Assembly: GCF_964213995.1 (NCBI RefSeq)
Contig: NC_135806.1
Location: 66,588,001-66,652,000, forward strand
Length of the DNA stretch: 64,000 bases
Reading direction: 5' to 3'
Origin: Mustelus asterias
Lineage: Eukaryota
Shown here: positions 33,926 through 46,425 of the stretch, one piece after another
Numbering within the stretch: position 1 is the first letter of the stretch
Layout: the number at the start of each line of letters is the position of its first letter
Notes under the pieces: model-generated
Database searches by the model: none
The model's input: only the letters and a program-made list of their open reading frames with translations
Told to the model about the DNA's origin: nothing
Made by a program: the position numbers and the translations under genes

Positions 33926-34925
33926 AGAAATAGGTGCTAAAGTCTTCCATTGGCCCATTGAGCCTGATCCACCGTTCAATAATATCGTGATCTGACTGGG
34001 GTCTTAACTCCACTTTCCTGCCTGGCTCCCCTAACCCTTGAATATCTTGTCTATTTTAACTCATCTTGCAATATATTCAATAAATGAGCTTCCACTGCTC
34101 TCTGTGGAAGAGAATCCCAAACATTTAATCACCCGCTGAGGGAAGGAATTCCTCCTTATTTCCGTCTTATTTGGGGGATCTCTTATTTTCAAACCGATGT
34201 TCTAAATTCCTTCACAACGGGAAACACCGGCTCAGCAGCTAAATTGTCGGGCGCCCTCAGAATCTTGTATGTTTCAATAAGATCATCCCTCATTCTTCTA
34301 AACTCCAATAAGTATCGGCCAAATCTACTCAACCTTTCCCCATAAGACAACCCTTTAGTTCCAGGAGTCAGTCTTGTGAATCGTCTCTTAACTACTTCCA
34401 ATGCAAGTATATCCTTCATTAAGTAAGGAGACCAAAATTGTACATGGTATTCTGGGTGTGGTCTCACTAATACCTTGCACAATTGTAGTCAGACTTCCCT
34501 ACTTTTATACTCCAACCCGCTTGCATAAAGGGTGACATTCTGTTTGTCTTATTAATTACTTGTTGCACTTGCATGTTGACTTTTTGTGATTCATGTCCAA
34601 GAACACCCTGTCAAAGTGGTTAACCTCACATTCTCCCACATTGTGCTCCCTCCTTCATTTTTTTCCTGCTCATTTAACCCATTTACATCCCTTTGCAGAC
34701 ACGTTGGGCGGGAGTTTTCGGCCATTCCCGCTGGTGGGATTGTCTGGTCCTGCCGATGATGAGCTCCTGCTGTGTGTTCTCTGGTGGCAGAAGGTGCAAA
34801 CAAAGGGAAACCTGGATGACAGCGGTGGGACTGGGAGATCCCGCTGCTGGCCAATGGCGGGCCACCTGTGCTGCGGCAAAACACGCTGCATGGGGGCGAG
34901 ACTGGGGGGAGGGAGTCCTACCTGT
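33925..34925 (-). mobile_element. Decayed CR1 3' part with a MITE at ~34706-34922
   Basis: ORF 34189-34482 LVRPHPEYHVQFWSPY...RRMRDDLIETYKIL. Confidence 0.8.
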
Positions 34926-35642
34926 TGTATCCTCCTCATAACCCATCTTCTCATCATCAGAAAACTAGCATTAGGCCATTCAAGGATAATGTCAGAAAAC
35001 ACTTCTTCCCACCTGAGGTTGTGAAAAGCCAAAGCCCCCTCCCCAATAAAACTGAGGCTAGGTCAGATGTAAATTTTAAAACTAAGTTGGATATATTTTT
35101 GTTAAGCAATGGTATTAAGGATTACAGAATCAACATGGGTAGGTGGAGTTAATGTACAGATGAGCCATGACCTAATTTAAAAGGCTTGAGGTGGTGCATT
35201 GCCTTTATTCCTATTTATGTTTTAGAAATCTCCAGCCAGCTCACCCAAAATCCAGACTAATCCATAACTGGATGTGGATCCTGTGATAAGCAACTGAGCA
35301 ATTTAGGCCAAAGTTATGAAAAGATGTAAAATTGTATTAAAAACAAGATTTGCCAGGGATTTATTTGCATAATTATACACATTTGCTTTCCCTGTAGACT
35401 ATATATATTTTAATCAAAAGAAAATCCGGTTTTCTTACCATCTTAATTTCTTCTCGAGGGCAATGGATGTTGCCCACATCCCAAGAGCAAATTAAAAATG
35501 CGGCAAAAGTATCTTCTGTAAGTTTGTTGCTTTTTCTTTAAGGAAAAATAAAATCAACTCATTGTTATCTTCACCCTAATCACAGATTCCAAATGTTTTT
35601 TTAAATTTAAACTCTCTTCCACTTCCATGGTGTTCGGTGTCA

Positions 35643-35878
35643 GTGGGGCTCAGTTGGCTTAGGTGGCCGAAGAGTGGTGAGGAATGAAACCAACAGTGTG
35701 GGTTCAATACCTGTTATGGCTGAAGTAGTTCATGGAGGTCCTGCCTCCATATCTTGTCCCATGCTTGATGTAGACTGGTGCTCTTCAAGCCATATAATCA
35801 CTTGTGTGTCTCTCTCTTTCTCTAAAGGGGATAGATGCCTTTGGTCCTCCGTCCACTATGGCTAATTACCTTACCTAT
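35643..35878 (+). mobile_element. Decayed tRNA-derived SINE of another family
   Basis: GGGGCTCAGTTGG A-box-like and GGGTTCAATACC B-box-like motifs; (TTACC)n tail. Confidence 0.45.
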
Positions 35879-36335
35879 ATTGCAATTTACCTCATCCTTT
35901 GTTTGTTGAAGTTTTTGGTTCTGAAATTCACTTGTGGTCCCCTTGTTCAATTGGATATATTCGAAATTTGAAAGAAAGTAGTGATCTGTTAATTCCAATC
36001 CTGAAGTGAGGGACACGTGAATGAATTGTGTTCAGCCAGGTGATGAAATCTGAAAATATTTTATGGCTAATTGAGTTACTTATCCAGGCATGATGAGTCA
36101 AAAAATGAAATCTATGACTATGACTATGTTTTTTAAATTAAGTGCTGTATAATCTGAGATATGTTGAAAGTGTTTTTCTTTATATATATTTTTTCCACCT
36201 CCTTTTCGGGTTGCAGAGGATGCTTAAAATTATTTTGACTTGTTAGATTTATTTCTGAAAATTATTCTAGAAGGAAAAGAATATTAAAATTTGGGAAATG
36301 ATTGGTATTGGCCAGGAACTGGCCTTATATACCTG

Positions 36336-36897
36336 GTAAGAGTTTTAACAACACCAGGTTAAAGTCCAACAGGTTTATTTGGTAGCAAATACCATTCGCT
36401 TTCGGAGCGCTGCTCCTTCGTCAGATGGAGTGGAAATGTGCTCTCAAACAGGGCACAGAGACACAAAAATCAAGTTACAGAATACTGATTAGAATGCGAA
36501 TCCCTACAGCCAGCCAGATCTTAAAGATACAGACAATGTGGATGGAGGGAGCATTAAACACAGGTTAAAGACATGTGTATTGTCTCCAGACAGGACAGCC
36601 TGCAAGTCCAGGAGGCAAACTGTGGGGGTTACTGATAATGTGACATAAATCCAATATCCCGGTTGAGGCCGTCCTCATGTGTGTGGAACTTGGCTATCAG
36701 TTTCTGCTCAGCGACTCTGCACTGTCGTGTGTCGTGAAGGCCGCCTTGGAGAATGCTTACCTGAAGATCAGAGGCTGAATGCCTGTGACTGCTGAAGTGC
36801 TCCCCCACAGGAAGAGAACAGTCTTGCCTGGTGATTGTCAAGCGGTGTTCATTCATCCGTTGTCGTAGCGTCTGCATGGTCTCCCCAATGTACCATG
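36336..36897 (-). mobile_element. 5'-truncated Penelope-like element (family 1) with GIY-YIG C-terminal coding remnant and pLTR
   Basis: ORF 36629-36919: WYIGETMQTLRQRMNEHR...PVGEHFS...AEQKLIAKFHTHEDGLNRD; 3' region matches the short insertions at 2823 and 8146. Confidence 0.9.
36392..36428 (-). ncRNA. Minimal type-I hammerhead ribozyme motif
   Basis: Minus strand CCAT-CTGACGA-AGGAGC-AGC-GCTCC-GAAA-GCGA-ATGG: stem I CCAU/AUGG, stem II GGAGC/GCUCC; sister copies have GCTA at the cleavage triplet. Confidence 0.65.
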
Positions 36898-39394
36898 GTA
36901 CAATGTGGCCCACAGTCACGCACTCTGCGTGTGGTCCACACTCTGCAAAAAAAAAATGAAAATAGCACCTATGGTCTGATGTCTTTCAAAACATCTTCAA
37001 AAGGAATCTAAATATGTAGTTTTCTTGCAAAACTGTTGCCAGGTAGTGTTTGGGGCCTTACAGTATTTCTGTTTCACTGAATTTGATGTACTTTGAAAGT
37101 AGAATTGGAATATAGATACTGATTATCGATGCTAAAAGTTATTCCTTCAAATTGCCATTAGAGGGCAATGTTGCCTAACTTGTGAATGGTCACAAATACT
37201 GCTGTATTAAAGTATAATGAACGAACTTTCTGAAGGTCTCCAGTATGTAGGTTAACACCAGATCTTTTGCTATGAATAGAGTATTTGTTAATGGTATTGT
37301 AAGTATGGAATTGGAATCTAGGGGCTGACTTTGTTATGATTGGTAAAAGGACCGGGGCTCCTGATAATTACCCACTCTCACTCCGATGGGTGACCAGTAC
37401 AGTGTTGGGAAATGACAGAGACCTGGTTGTGCGACCCCCTAACAAGACGGAGATTGTCAAGGGTGCACAGCACCAGGGGTTTAAATTCCCTTCACCAGGA
37501 GGTCTCACTCCACATCTCAATCTGATGCGTCTGCGGAGGCCAGGAACATTGGCAGAAAAGGGACCATATTGCAAAAACCAAATCTGGATTGAATCCCTCT
37601 GATAAAGACCATCCTGAGCTGACCCCTCTCCAAGGCAGGGGTTCCTAATTGAATGTGACGGGCAGATGGCAAGGCACCCAATTAGCTGAACCATGCCTCC
37701 TCACTGATGGGTCGAAACCTGCCTGAGGAGCCATTTACCAGCTGAGTTGTTGGAAATTATATTCCAACATAGTTTTGTTTGGAAAGGTATTGGCCTCTAA
37801 TGTTTGAACTCTGGACTATCGTAACTAGGGGGTACCCCAAAGATGCATTCAGGAATGCCCCCTCCCTCCCCAACGACTGATCACCCAACCCCTCCAGGCC
37901 GACTGACACCCTGACTGACCTCGGGAGGCCTCAGGAATGCGCTGCACTAGACAGTTCTTACCCAGCCTGAATCGGAAGGTCAGGTGAGGAAGGAACAGCT
38001 GGAATTTAGGGTAAGAAACGAGGATTAGAGTGATAATCCAACTCTGATTGCCCTTCCACAGAACTTCAGCCCTATCAATTCCACTGTAAGAAGTCTCAGA
38101 CTTCATGGACTAATCTAGGTAAGTGTATGAGTGGAAGATAAGAAAATGGAGTTAAGGCCATGATCAGATTGGCCATGATCGTTTTGACTTGTGGAGCAGG
38201 CTGAAGGGGCCAAATGGCCCACTCCTGCTCTTAAACCTTGTTCTAATGGCATTGACAATTATAAAGCTGGCTGTACATGGTTACAGTTTCTCACCAGACA
38301 GTATGGTCTTGTGTACTAAATTTAATGGCTGATGGGTTTAAACCTGCCCAAGGAGCCATTTACCAGCATGGTAGCCCTGTCCACCAGCAGAAAAGCCGGT
38401 GGCAACAATTCCACAACCATTTCCGGAAGCCCTGATGGGATTAAATCCAAGTCAGTTAGTCTACTGCCTCCTATAAGAGTTCCTGAGCCTTTGGAGGTGA
38501 AGAGCCTGCCTCCACAAGCTACTAGCCAATCAGAGGGCCAACAAGTCTTCAGTCCCAGCAGTGCCCACTGCTGGAACCCCCGGGAGGCCCCAGACCTGAA
38601 ACTGCCAAAAAATATGAGAATACCACCTAAGGAGGAGTTGGACAGATTTTTAATTGGTAATGTTAAGTAGTGATGGGCCTAAAAGACACACCTGAATTTT
38701 TGGAACAGAAGGATTAGGGTTACAGAATCCGTGCTCCGATAATTTTGACGACATGGGAACATGCTCCCTGAACCTTCCCCTGCTCCATTTCTCATTACTC
38801 TCATAGCGATTGTATTCTCCAATCTGGTATAACAAATGTTTAATTTTATCATTCTGGAGCTGCCCCACTTGAGTTTCAAATCAATAGTTTGTGTGATCCT
38901 ACGATTAATGTCTTAACTCTGCATTAATGCATCATGACAAGTGAAAGGATCTTTTAACTCTAATACCAGAAATATAAAAGAATTGTACTGGCAAATAATA
39001 TATGCAGCAGTGTTACCTTTCAGTAACCACTTACTCAATGCGGCATTGTGACAGTACAAATCCTTTTCCTGTGAGCCACTTGGAAAAACCAGGCAACTGT
39101 AACGTGACAGTGAAGAAGGATCCAAAGGTAACAATTTTCCTAACCTTGTGGTACTGAAGACAAGGAGGCTGCCTGGTCCAATCCTTCAATTACAGTGAAA
39201 TAATGACAGCTGTGGATCACTAACCTTTCTGAGGGAGCACATTTAAAAAATGTTAACAATATTCTGCACTGCATGATCGTATGCAGTTTTCAAAGCGATT
39301 TGCAAGCTAATAAAGAGCTGGTGAACCTGTTCCCTACCTTGATGATTTTTTTTTCCCGTCTCTGTTTAATGCAGATAAATGGAAGCAGCTACAC

Positions 39395-40708
39395 GGGGCA
39401 GAATCTTATCCACTTTAAAAATAATTGCCAGTTGGGACCATTTCCTCCCCGTCACCTATTAAAATGGTGGTCAAGTTACTGAGGCTGAAGGCCAATCAGA
39501 TCTTTGGAAGGAAAGCAGCTTCATTTCAGTTGTGGGCACTGCCAGGACTCCTCCATCTTGTGACACCCTTTTAAGACCTTTCCATTTTTGATGAGAAACT
39601 ATGGGGATAGTTGCCAGGCCAGCACTACGGAGGTGAAACCACCCCCCTCCCCCCACAAACCCCCCCCACCCCCCCTCCTCCCACCACAGAATGGCCTGTA
39701 ACTGCAGTTGTGGCCCACTGATCCCTGCAGCTCTGAGAGGAGGTTAAGTACAGGAGGCCTCGCAGGTCTCCTGGCCAGCTGCTAGCAAGCTACCTCACGG
39801 CCCCTGCTGGACTCAGGCTACAGTGGCGGAGGTCCAGATATTTACACATTCAAATTGCCCTTTCTAACCTGGTTTGGCAGCACTCTGTGCAATTTCAAAG
39901 TGCTGGTGAGGGTTACGTGGCCAGCTGGGGCAGTACACCATGATTCTGAGATTGGGATGCCCTTTTTAAAGAGTGCTCCCATTTCAAAGTGCAGTTAAAG
40001 GCCACCCCCCCAACCCACCTGGATGTCAAGACCCCCGACAGACAAGGGTAACACCCCCAACCCTCGAACACAGAGGATCAACCATCCCCCACCACTCAAT
40101 GGTTGGGTCAACCCCCCTCCCTCCCACCACCCTGGACACCATACAGGCATCTTGGTGATCCGACCCCCACCCACAGCTTCACGGGTATCTGGTTTCCTCC
40201 CTCTCCGTGGTGTGTTCACTGCGGCAGGAGATGCTGCGCCACTCGCTGTTGGGGGGATCTTACGGTCCCGCTGTTGTGAATGAGATTTTCCATTGAATGC
40301 ACCCCTCACCAATGGGAAACCTGCAGGGTGGGTGCGCAATTGACGGGACCATAAGATCCCTCCGGCATGAACACTAGCAAGGTTTTGGCGAATGATCCCG
40401 AAAGCAACGGTGTTAAGCTGATGAATAATATTTAAATGCATTCAAATTCAGAAACATCAGATTCGCACTCTTTCTGGACATGAACCTGATCCATGTCACC
40501 AGTGGGGGGGAGGTGGTGGGGGGTGGAAGGGGGGTGGGGGGTGGGGGTGAGATCTCAAATGGAGATCTCGCCACCGCAAATCCCATCATGCCCATTATGG
40601 CCCTCCCGTGACAGAGTGGCCGTAACAGGATTTGCATCCGTGACGCCCTTTGTCCCTCACATCACTTAGCAGCCTGACTAAACATGATACCGACCTTCAA
40701 TTTCAGCC
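39395..40708. mobile_element. GC-rich Harbinger-type MITE cluster, nested and decayed
   Basis: Starts GGGGCAGAATCTTA, ends AATTTCAGCC; C/G homopolymer tracts and ATTTAAAT motif as in other MITEs; ~40190-40390 resembles 34706-34922. Confidence 0.45.
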
Positions 40709-43700
40709 TATAATGACATTTTGCTATAATATAAAGATAAGTAGTTGATTTTAAAATTCTGATGTAAATTATTTTTTAAAAATAGGTTATGAGTGAGCAT
40801 TTGAGTTCATGAAAATTTCTTGATTAAACTTGATTTAAAATATATTAATTTTCTGTTCCATTAAAAAAAAATCTTTAATCTTGATATTTAAACATGTAAC
40901 ATAATCATTTCACCACAATGTGGGCCAGACTTGCCAAATCAATATTTGTTCAACTGCGTTTTTTAAAACCCCAATTCTGTGTTTTCAAGTGGTGGAAATG
41001 GTGAACAAAAAAAAAAGTGAAAGGTAATCCTTCCTGCCTCAAGAGATGTAATTTAGAATTGATTTTTAAAAAATGTTTCCCCTGATTTCTGATACTCAAG
41101 TTTCTGTTCCCAGACCATTTATCACATTTACAGACTCTTTGGGAGCCATTATTTTCCTTTTTAACTTCATTCCTGCCAACGTTCGGTACATGTACCAAAT
41201 GTTAAGTTAAATATTTTATTGCAGATTTGCGTCCAATTGAATAATGAGAAATTGAACCAAAGAAATCTACTGAGCTTGAAGCATCCCTATCTCCCTCTCA
41301 CCAACGGTACAGGAGCGAGGGGATACTAAAAAAAGGTCATCAAAATCAAAGAGATGAGTATTTTTCATATGCTCCCTATTTTTGGTCTATTTGATGAAAT
41401 GTGTTGTTGCTTTAGTACTGTACATCCACTATAATTTTTATAGATATAGTAATGCTAAATGATTATGCAATTGTGATCAGTTCTTCAAGAATCCCTCTGT
41501 TACTAAGTGGCCATCATTTGTTTCCACTCAGCTGGCTCTGTCCCTCACATGCTGAACAATGGAATCTTCCTAAATAAATCTAGAATAGAGGAATATCATT
41601 TACTCAAATATAACAATCATCTTAGAAAATGTCTGTTGCATTATATAACTGATTATTGTCAATCTTTTGATCATCCATTTATCATTGGAAGAATTTACAA
41701 AACACATCAGATTACATTCTTAATTAGCAACTTGCATTATGTTCTCCCAGCAAGGGTCCTAATTGGTACATTGACTGTTGCATCATAATGACACCCTCAG
41801 GATAAAAAATAAATAACAGACATTTACTGTTCTTGTATTCAGCAGATTCCAACAGCAATTTTATTTTATTTCCTCCTATTTAAATAAAATTAAGCTTCAT
41901 GAAACAAATAATTAGTTTTTGTTGTCTACCCTATTGTGACAATTACAAACTAGCACAGTGTTTAGTATATTGAGTATCTGTTTGTTCTCAGGCTTGCTTA
42001 GTGAACAGTTAAACCCATTGTTAGATTTTATTTTCATTGGCTACGGTTGAATGATTCAGACAATCAGGTTGTACGGATTGTTTATGCTACGCTCCAGTAA
42101 CTGGAAAGCATTTATCCCTAGAATGGTATGACCTCCTGCTTCAATGATGATCTAACCCACATGCTTCAGTGAGTATAGACACAGATGAGAAATCACTCTG
42201 TCAGTTTTATTTTATATGAGTGTCTCTTTAAGAAAAATCAATCATGTTCAGTGGACCAGGAATGATACGGTGCCCTATAAAATCTTCCTGACTTTCGATT
42301 AAAAACAAAAGCAAAATAAGCCCTAACCGCAGAAATGTTCCTAAAAGTTATTTTGAGTTTATTTGCTGGTGCTGTATCACTGATATTTTATCCACCCTAT
42401 GAGATTAGCTGGTTGCTCAGGGCTAGCCACAATTTATCAGTCTTGTGTGTAATTGTGGCAACCAGGATAACTTATTTGTTACTGTTAGAAGTGGCTGGAA
42501 AATAATTCTAAGCAGCAAAAATCCAGTGTTTTGTTTAAAATACTAAATTACTTGTAACATGTTATCATTCTCATACAACAAGTTCACTTTGTTCCACTAT
42601 TTTGCAATTCATTTGGATAATTATTTTTTACTTTGTGGGCAGTAACAGCATGCTCCGTGACACAACTATTGCAGTTAATGGATGCTGAATATTGAATTCT
42701 GATAGGGATGGAACATGTTCCTTCCAATATTTCATTATATATCAATATATTGCAGACTGAGATCAAGTGAATTCAGAAGTGATTGAGATGACTAGAATGA
42801 TGTGGCTGGAAAGATTTCAGCAAATATTAATGGGTAGAAATGCCCTTCATGTGTTAATGTGTTTTAAATGCTGCTTATAGAGGTATGGATCGTTGGGTGA
42901 AGGCAATGCTTAAAGTATAATTAGAGTCAATTCCCATTTGCCACACTGAATTAAACACTGCTTTAGTGGACTGGTGCACAATAACTAAAACACAAATTAA
43001 GGCAATTATTGAGGGGGTGGACCAATCAGCAACTTTCTTGTATGTGTGCTGTAAATCACGGGTGAGTCAGCCTCGTGCTGCTTTCGGATTAATACTAAGT
43101 AATAAATCTGCTGTAGTTGTCGAAGTCACAGCAAAAACAGTATCTAAATACATTGTGACTTGGTCAACTACAGCAGCCATTCAATTCACTACAATGTAAC
43201 CCGAAAAAAAATTTAGGGTTTGAAAGCTGTAAATGAGTTTTTGTAACTGACTACAGTAATACCATATCAAAATAAATAAATATTGCAGCCATTCCATTCC
43301 AAAGTATGTCACCTTAACAAGCTACGGACATGGTTTCATGTGTCATTCAAGACTGCACCTCTGAGAATGGGCCATTGCCTCATTATGGCACTGTACTGTC
43401 AGTGTAAAATTCTGTTCCATCCTGGAGAGGGGCTTGAACAAACAACTTGCTGATTCAGAGATTAGCCTGCTCCCATTTAGTCAAGTTGGGATAGGAGCAA
43501 ATGTGAATGATTCCTGCAAGTGTTCTCCTGCAGAAGTTCACCTCCTGAAACATGTATGCATCTCCAGACAAATAATGTTTCCTTTATATCCTCCCCCCAC
43601 AACTTTGAGAAATGTCTTTAAAGTAATTTGTCAGAATTCCTCAAAAAATGACTGCTCACTAGTGAAATGTCGTTTACATGTTTGTCAGCAGGTATTGTCA

Positions 43701-43949
43701 TCTTATCTAGAATATGTTGAATTATGCATAAAAATACATCATTTGGAATAGATTTTAGAAGGAGGAATTGTGGCCTACACTAAAGTACACAAAATGCAAT
43801 GTGAATCATCTGATTTAATTCCTCTCCTAGCAGTGTTCCCTGAGCTTAAAGAGCACTTGAATTGTTTGGAATCTTTTAAATCTAACTAATGAATACTGGA
43901 ACATATGGAACCTAATAGGGCCATTCAGCCCCTCACTACCATTGGTATT

Positions 43950-45381
43950 TTATCAGCAGTGAGGGGTTCTCATGCCACAATGCAAGGCTGCCAAGCAAGA
44001 ACATTGATGGGGTTTATTGCAGGACTTCTCCACATCTATCCAGACATCTGAACCTAATTTTCAGAAGCCGAATTGCCTGTTTGGGGATCACCCTTGTGGA
44101 CAGTTGGCAGCGGTTGTAGGTTGTTTCTGCCTCGGTGCTGGGGTTCTGTGGTTTGTTTTTAGTGGATACCCACTGTCGCAGTGGAGAGTTAAGGCACCTG
44201 GGATTGTCTCAGGACATTCAGGTCATGGCAGCTTCTCGGGTAACTTTGTGCGTGGAGCCCCTTTAGTGTTGATCACAGATTATTGAACTTTCAGCAAGCG
44301 AAGCTTCATTCTGTTCACAAAGGCACCTGAATGCTCTGAGGGAGTCTTGGTGGCCTCATACATTTAAGTCAAAAAACCTCCTGGATCTGAAGGAATCCTC
44401 CATGGCCCTGAACGTGATTACCCTCTCCGTCTGATTGGTCCAATTGATGGAAAACCTGATGTATCACCTTGCCCTCTAATACATACACCTGTCACCTGCT
44501 CAATGCACTGACAGGCTGTTGACCAAGAGATCCCACAAATGATCCCTGGAACGAGCCTGAGGCAAAAATGTTACATGCTACCAGAGGCCCCATCTCACTG
44601 GTTTCAATTCCTCCTCTGCATTCTGCAGAGGTCCACTAACACCTTCCTGACAAACAGTGTTTGGGGACATTGATACCCCGATGTCTGCATGAAGCTAATC
44701 TTTGTCAGTAAATCCTTTCAATCTTTTGTGAACATTGGCCTGCCTTCTTGCCCCAATGCACCTGCCTATCCATGCCCCATGCTCTCACCTTTTAACAGGT
44801 GAGCTGAAGATGCTCCATGGAACCAGTGTAGCCAATGGATAGTCCACAAAGTATTACAATATCACTCCCAATCGGCTACTTCACAGTTCAATTGTTTGCC
44901 TGGGGAAAGGGGCCTGAGTGAGGGGTCTGAGGAAGGAGGGGGACTGAGTGGAGGGTCTTGGGGGAAAGGGGACTGAGTTGGAGGTTTGAAGGAGGAGTTG
45001 ACAGCGGGCTTGAATTGGGGTGGGAGTGGTCAGGTCCAGGCACCCTTATGCCTGCGTGATGTGGGTGGGGGTGTGTTACTCGTTATTTGTGAGTGGGGGC
45101 GGGGGCAGGAAATGCCCCTCTTTGGTGAAGAGTTAGTGGTGCTCCTCTGGTCAATGGGGGGGCCACCATTTCATTTCTTTGGAGGGGCAGGGGTGCCTAT
45201 CTCCATGCGCAGAGATCGGGGAGCCATTTAAAAATGACGTCCTGGCCTTGAAACAGCAGGGCTGGCCTGTGGGTTGCTCTTAACATCTTTCAGGTGGGTG
45301 AATCCCACCTGATAGGCGCTGCTAATGCCATCCAGAATGCCTCTCACGGACACTTAGACCCAAAACGGGAGAATTGGGTCC
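43950..45381 (-). mobile_element. Decayed PIF/Harbinger element with transposase pseudogene and one terminus
   Basis: Frame-broken minus-strand motifs FASGSFQG (~44540-44570), AFVNR (~44310), SCHDLNVLRQSQVP (~44200-44240), QAIRLLKIRFRCLDR (~44030-44080); terminus CACTTAGA...GGGAGAATTGGGTCC at 45351-45381. Confidence 0.75.
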
Positions 45382-45679
45382 TTTATCTGTCTCTGTACTG
45401 GAAGACACAAAGAACCTTTTGGATCTAGTGGGAAACCAGAAGTGGAATCTTATTACCTTTGAAGATTTTCTGAGATCGGGGCCAAAAGTGGGTCCTGGCC
45501 CTGTTGGGGATGCCTGGCCGCCTGTCTGTGTGATTTTATCAGAAATGACCAATTAAGAGCTGCTTCCAGCAGAACTGTCCAATTAAAGTGGCGGGCAGAA
45601 CAGGCGCCTCATTGGCCTACTGTAAGGGCCCATAATGCCAGTGGGCAGGAGGGTGCAAGGATGCCTCAAGATGGCAGTG

Positions 45680-46425
45680 AATGTGTGAAATTATTAAAAT
45701 GATTTGTGGCCATAGCTGCCAGGTCATCATTGTGGAGAGATACAATTGGGGATTTCAAAAGTGAATTGGATAAACACCTGAAGACAAAACAATTGCAGGA
45801 CTATAGGGAAAGGTGGGGGTGGAAATATGTTGCTGTTGCAGAGAGCTGGCATGGGTACAATGTACTGAATGACTTCCTTCAGTGCTTAACCACTCTATGA
45901 TTCCGTAGGGTTTTGGTGAAACCACATCTGAAGTACTTTGTATGGCTTTGGTCTCTACTTAAGATGGGACATGCTTGCTTGTGGAAGAAGTGTAACAAAG
46001 GTTCACTACATTGATTGGTGGGGCGGAAAATTGTTCTGTGAGGAGATTGAGTAGAAGGGGTCCATATTCTCTGGAGTTCAGAAGAGTGAGAAGTGATCTT
46101 ATTGAAACGAATATTTCTGAGAGGGTTTGATAGGGTAGATGTGGAGAGGCTGTTTTCCCTTGGCTAGAGAGACTAAAACCTCAGGATAAGGGAGCAGCCA
46201 TTTAGGATTGTGATGGAGAGAAATCTCTTCACTCAGAGAATTGTGAATCTTTGGAATTCTCTACAACAAAGGGTCATGAATGCTCAGTTGTTGAGTATCA
46301 GTAGACTTTTGGGTACAGAGGGAATTGAGGGATATAAGAATAGACCAGGAAAGTGAACTTGATGTTCAAATACAGCCACAATATTATTGAATGGCAGAGC
46401 TGTCCTGCTCCTATTCTTTATGTAT
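45680..46425 (+). mobile_element. Two adjacent decayed CR1 3' fragments
   Basis: DFKSELDKHLK (45706-45900); GAAGAGTGAGAAGTGATCTTATTGAAAC and TTCACTCAGAGAATTGTGAATCTTTGGAATTC CR1 signatures. Confidence 0.7.

Noticed and set aside
2002-36897. All five PLE family-1 primary arms lie on the minus strand
   Set aside because: Five copies sharing an orientation has a 1-in-16 chance probability, too weak to claim a bias.
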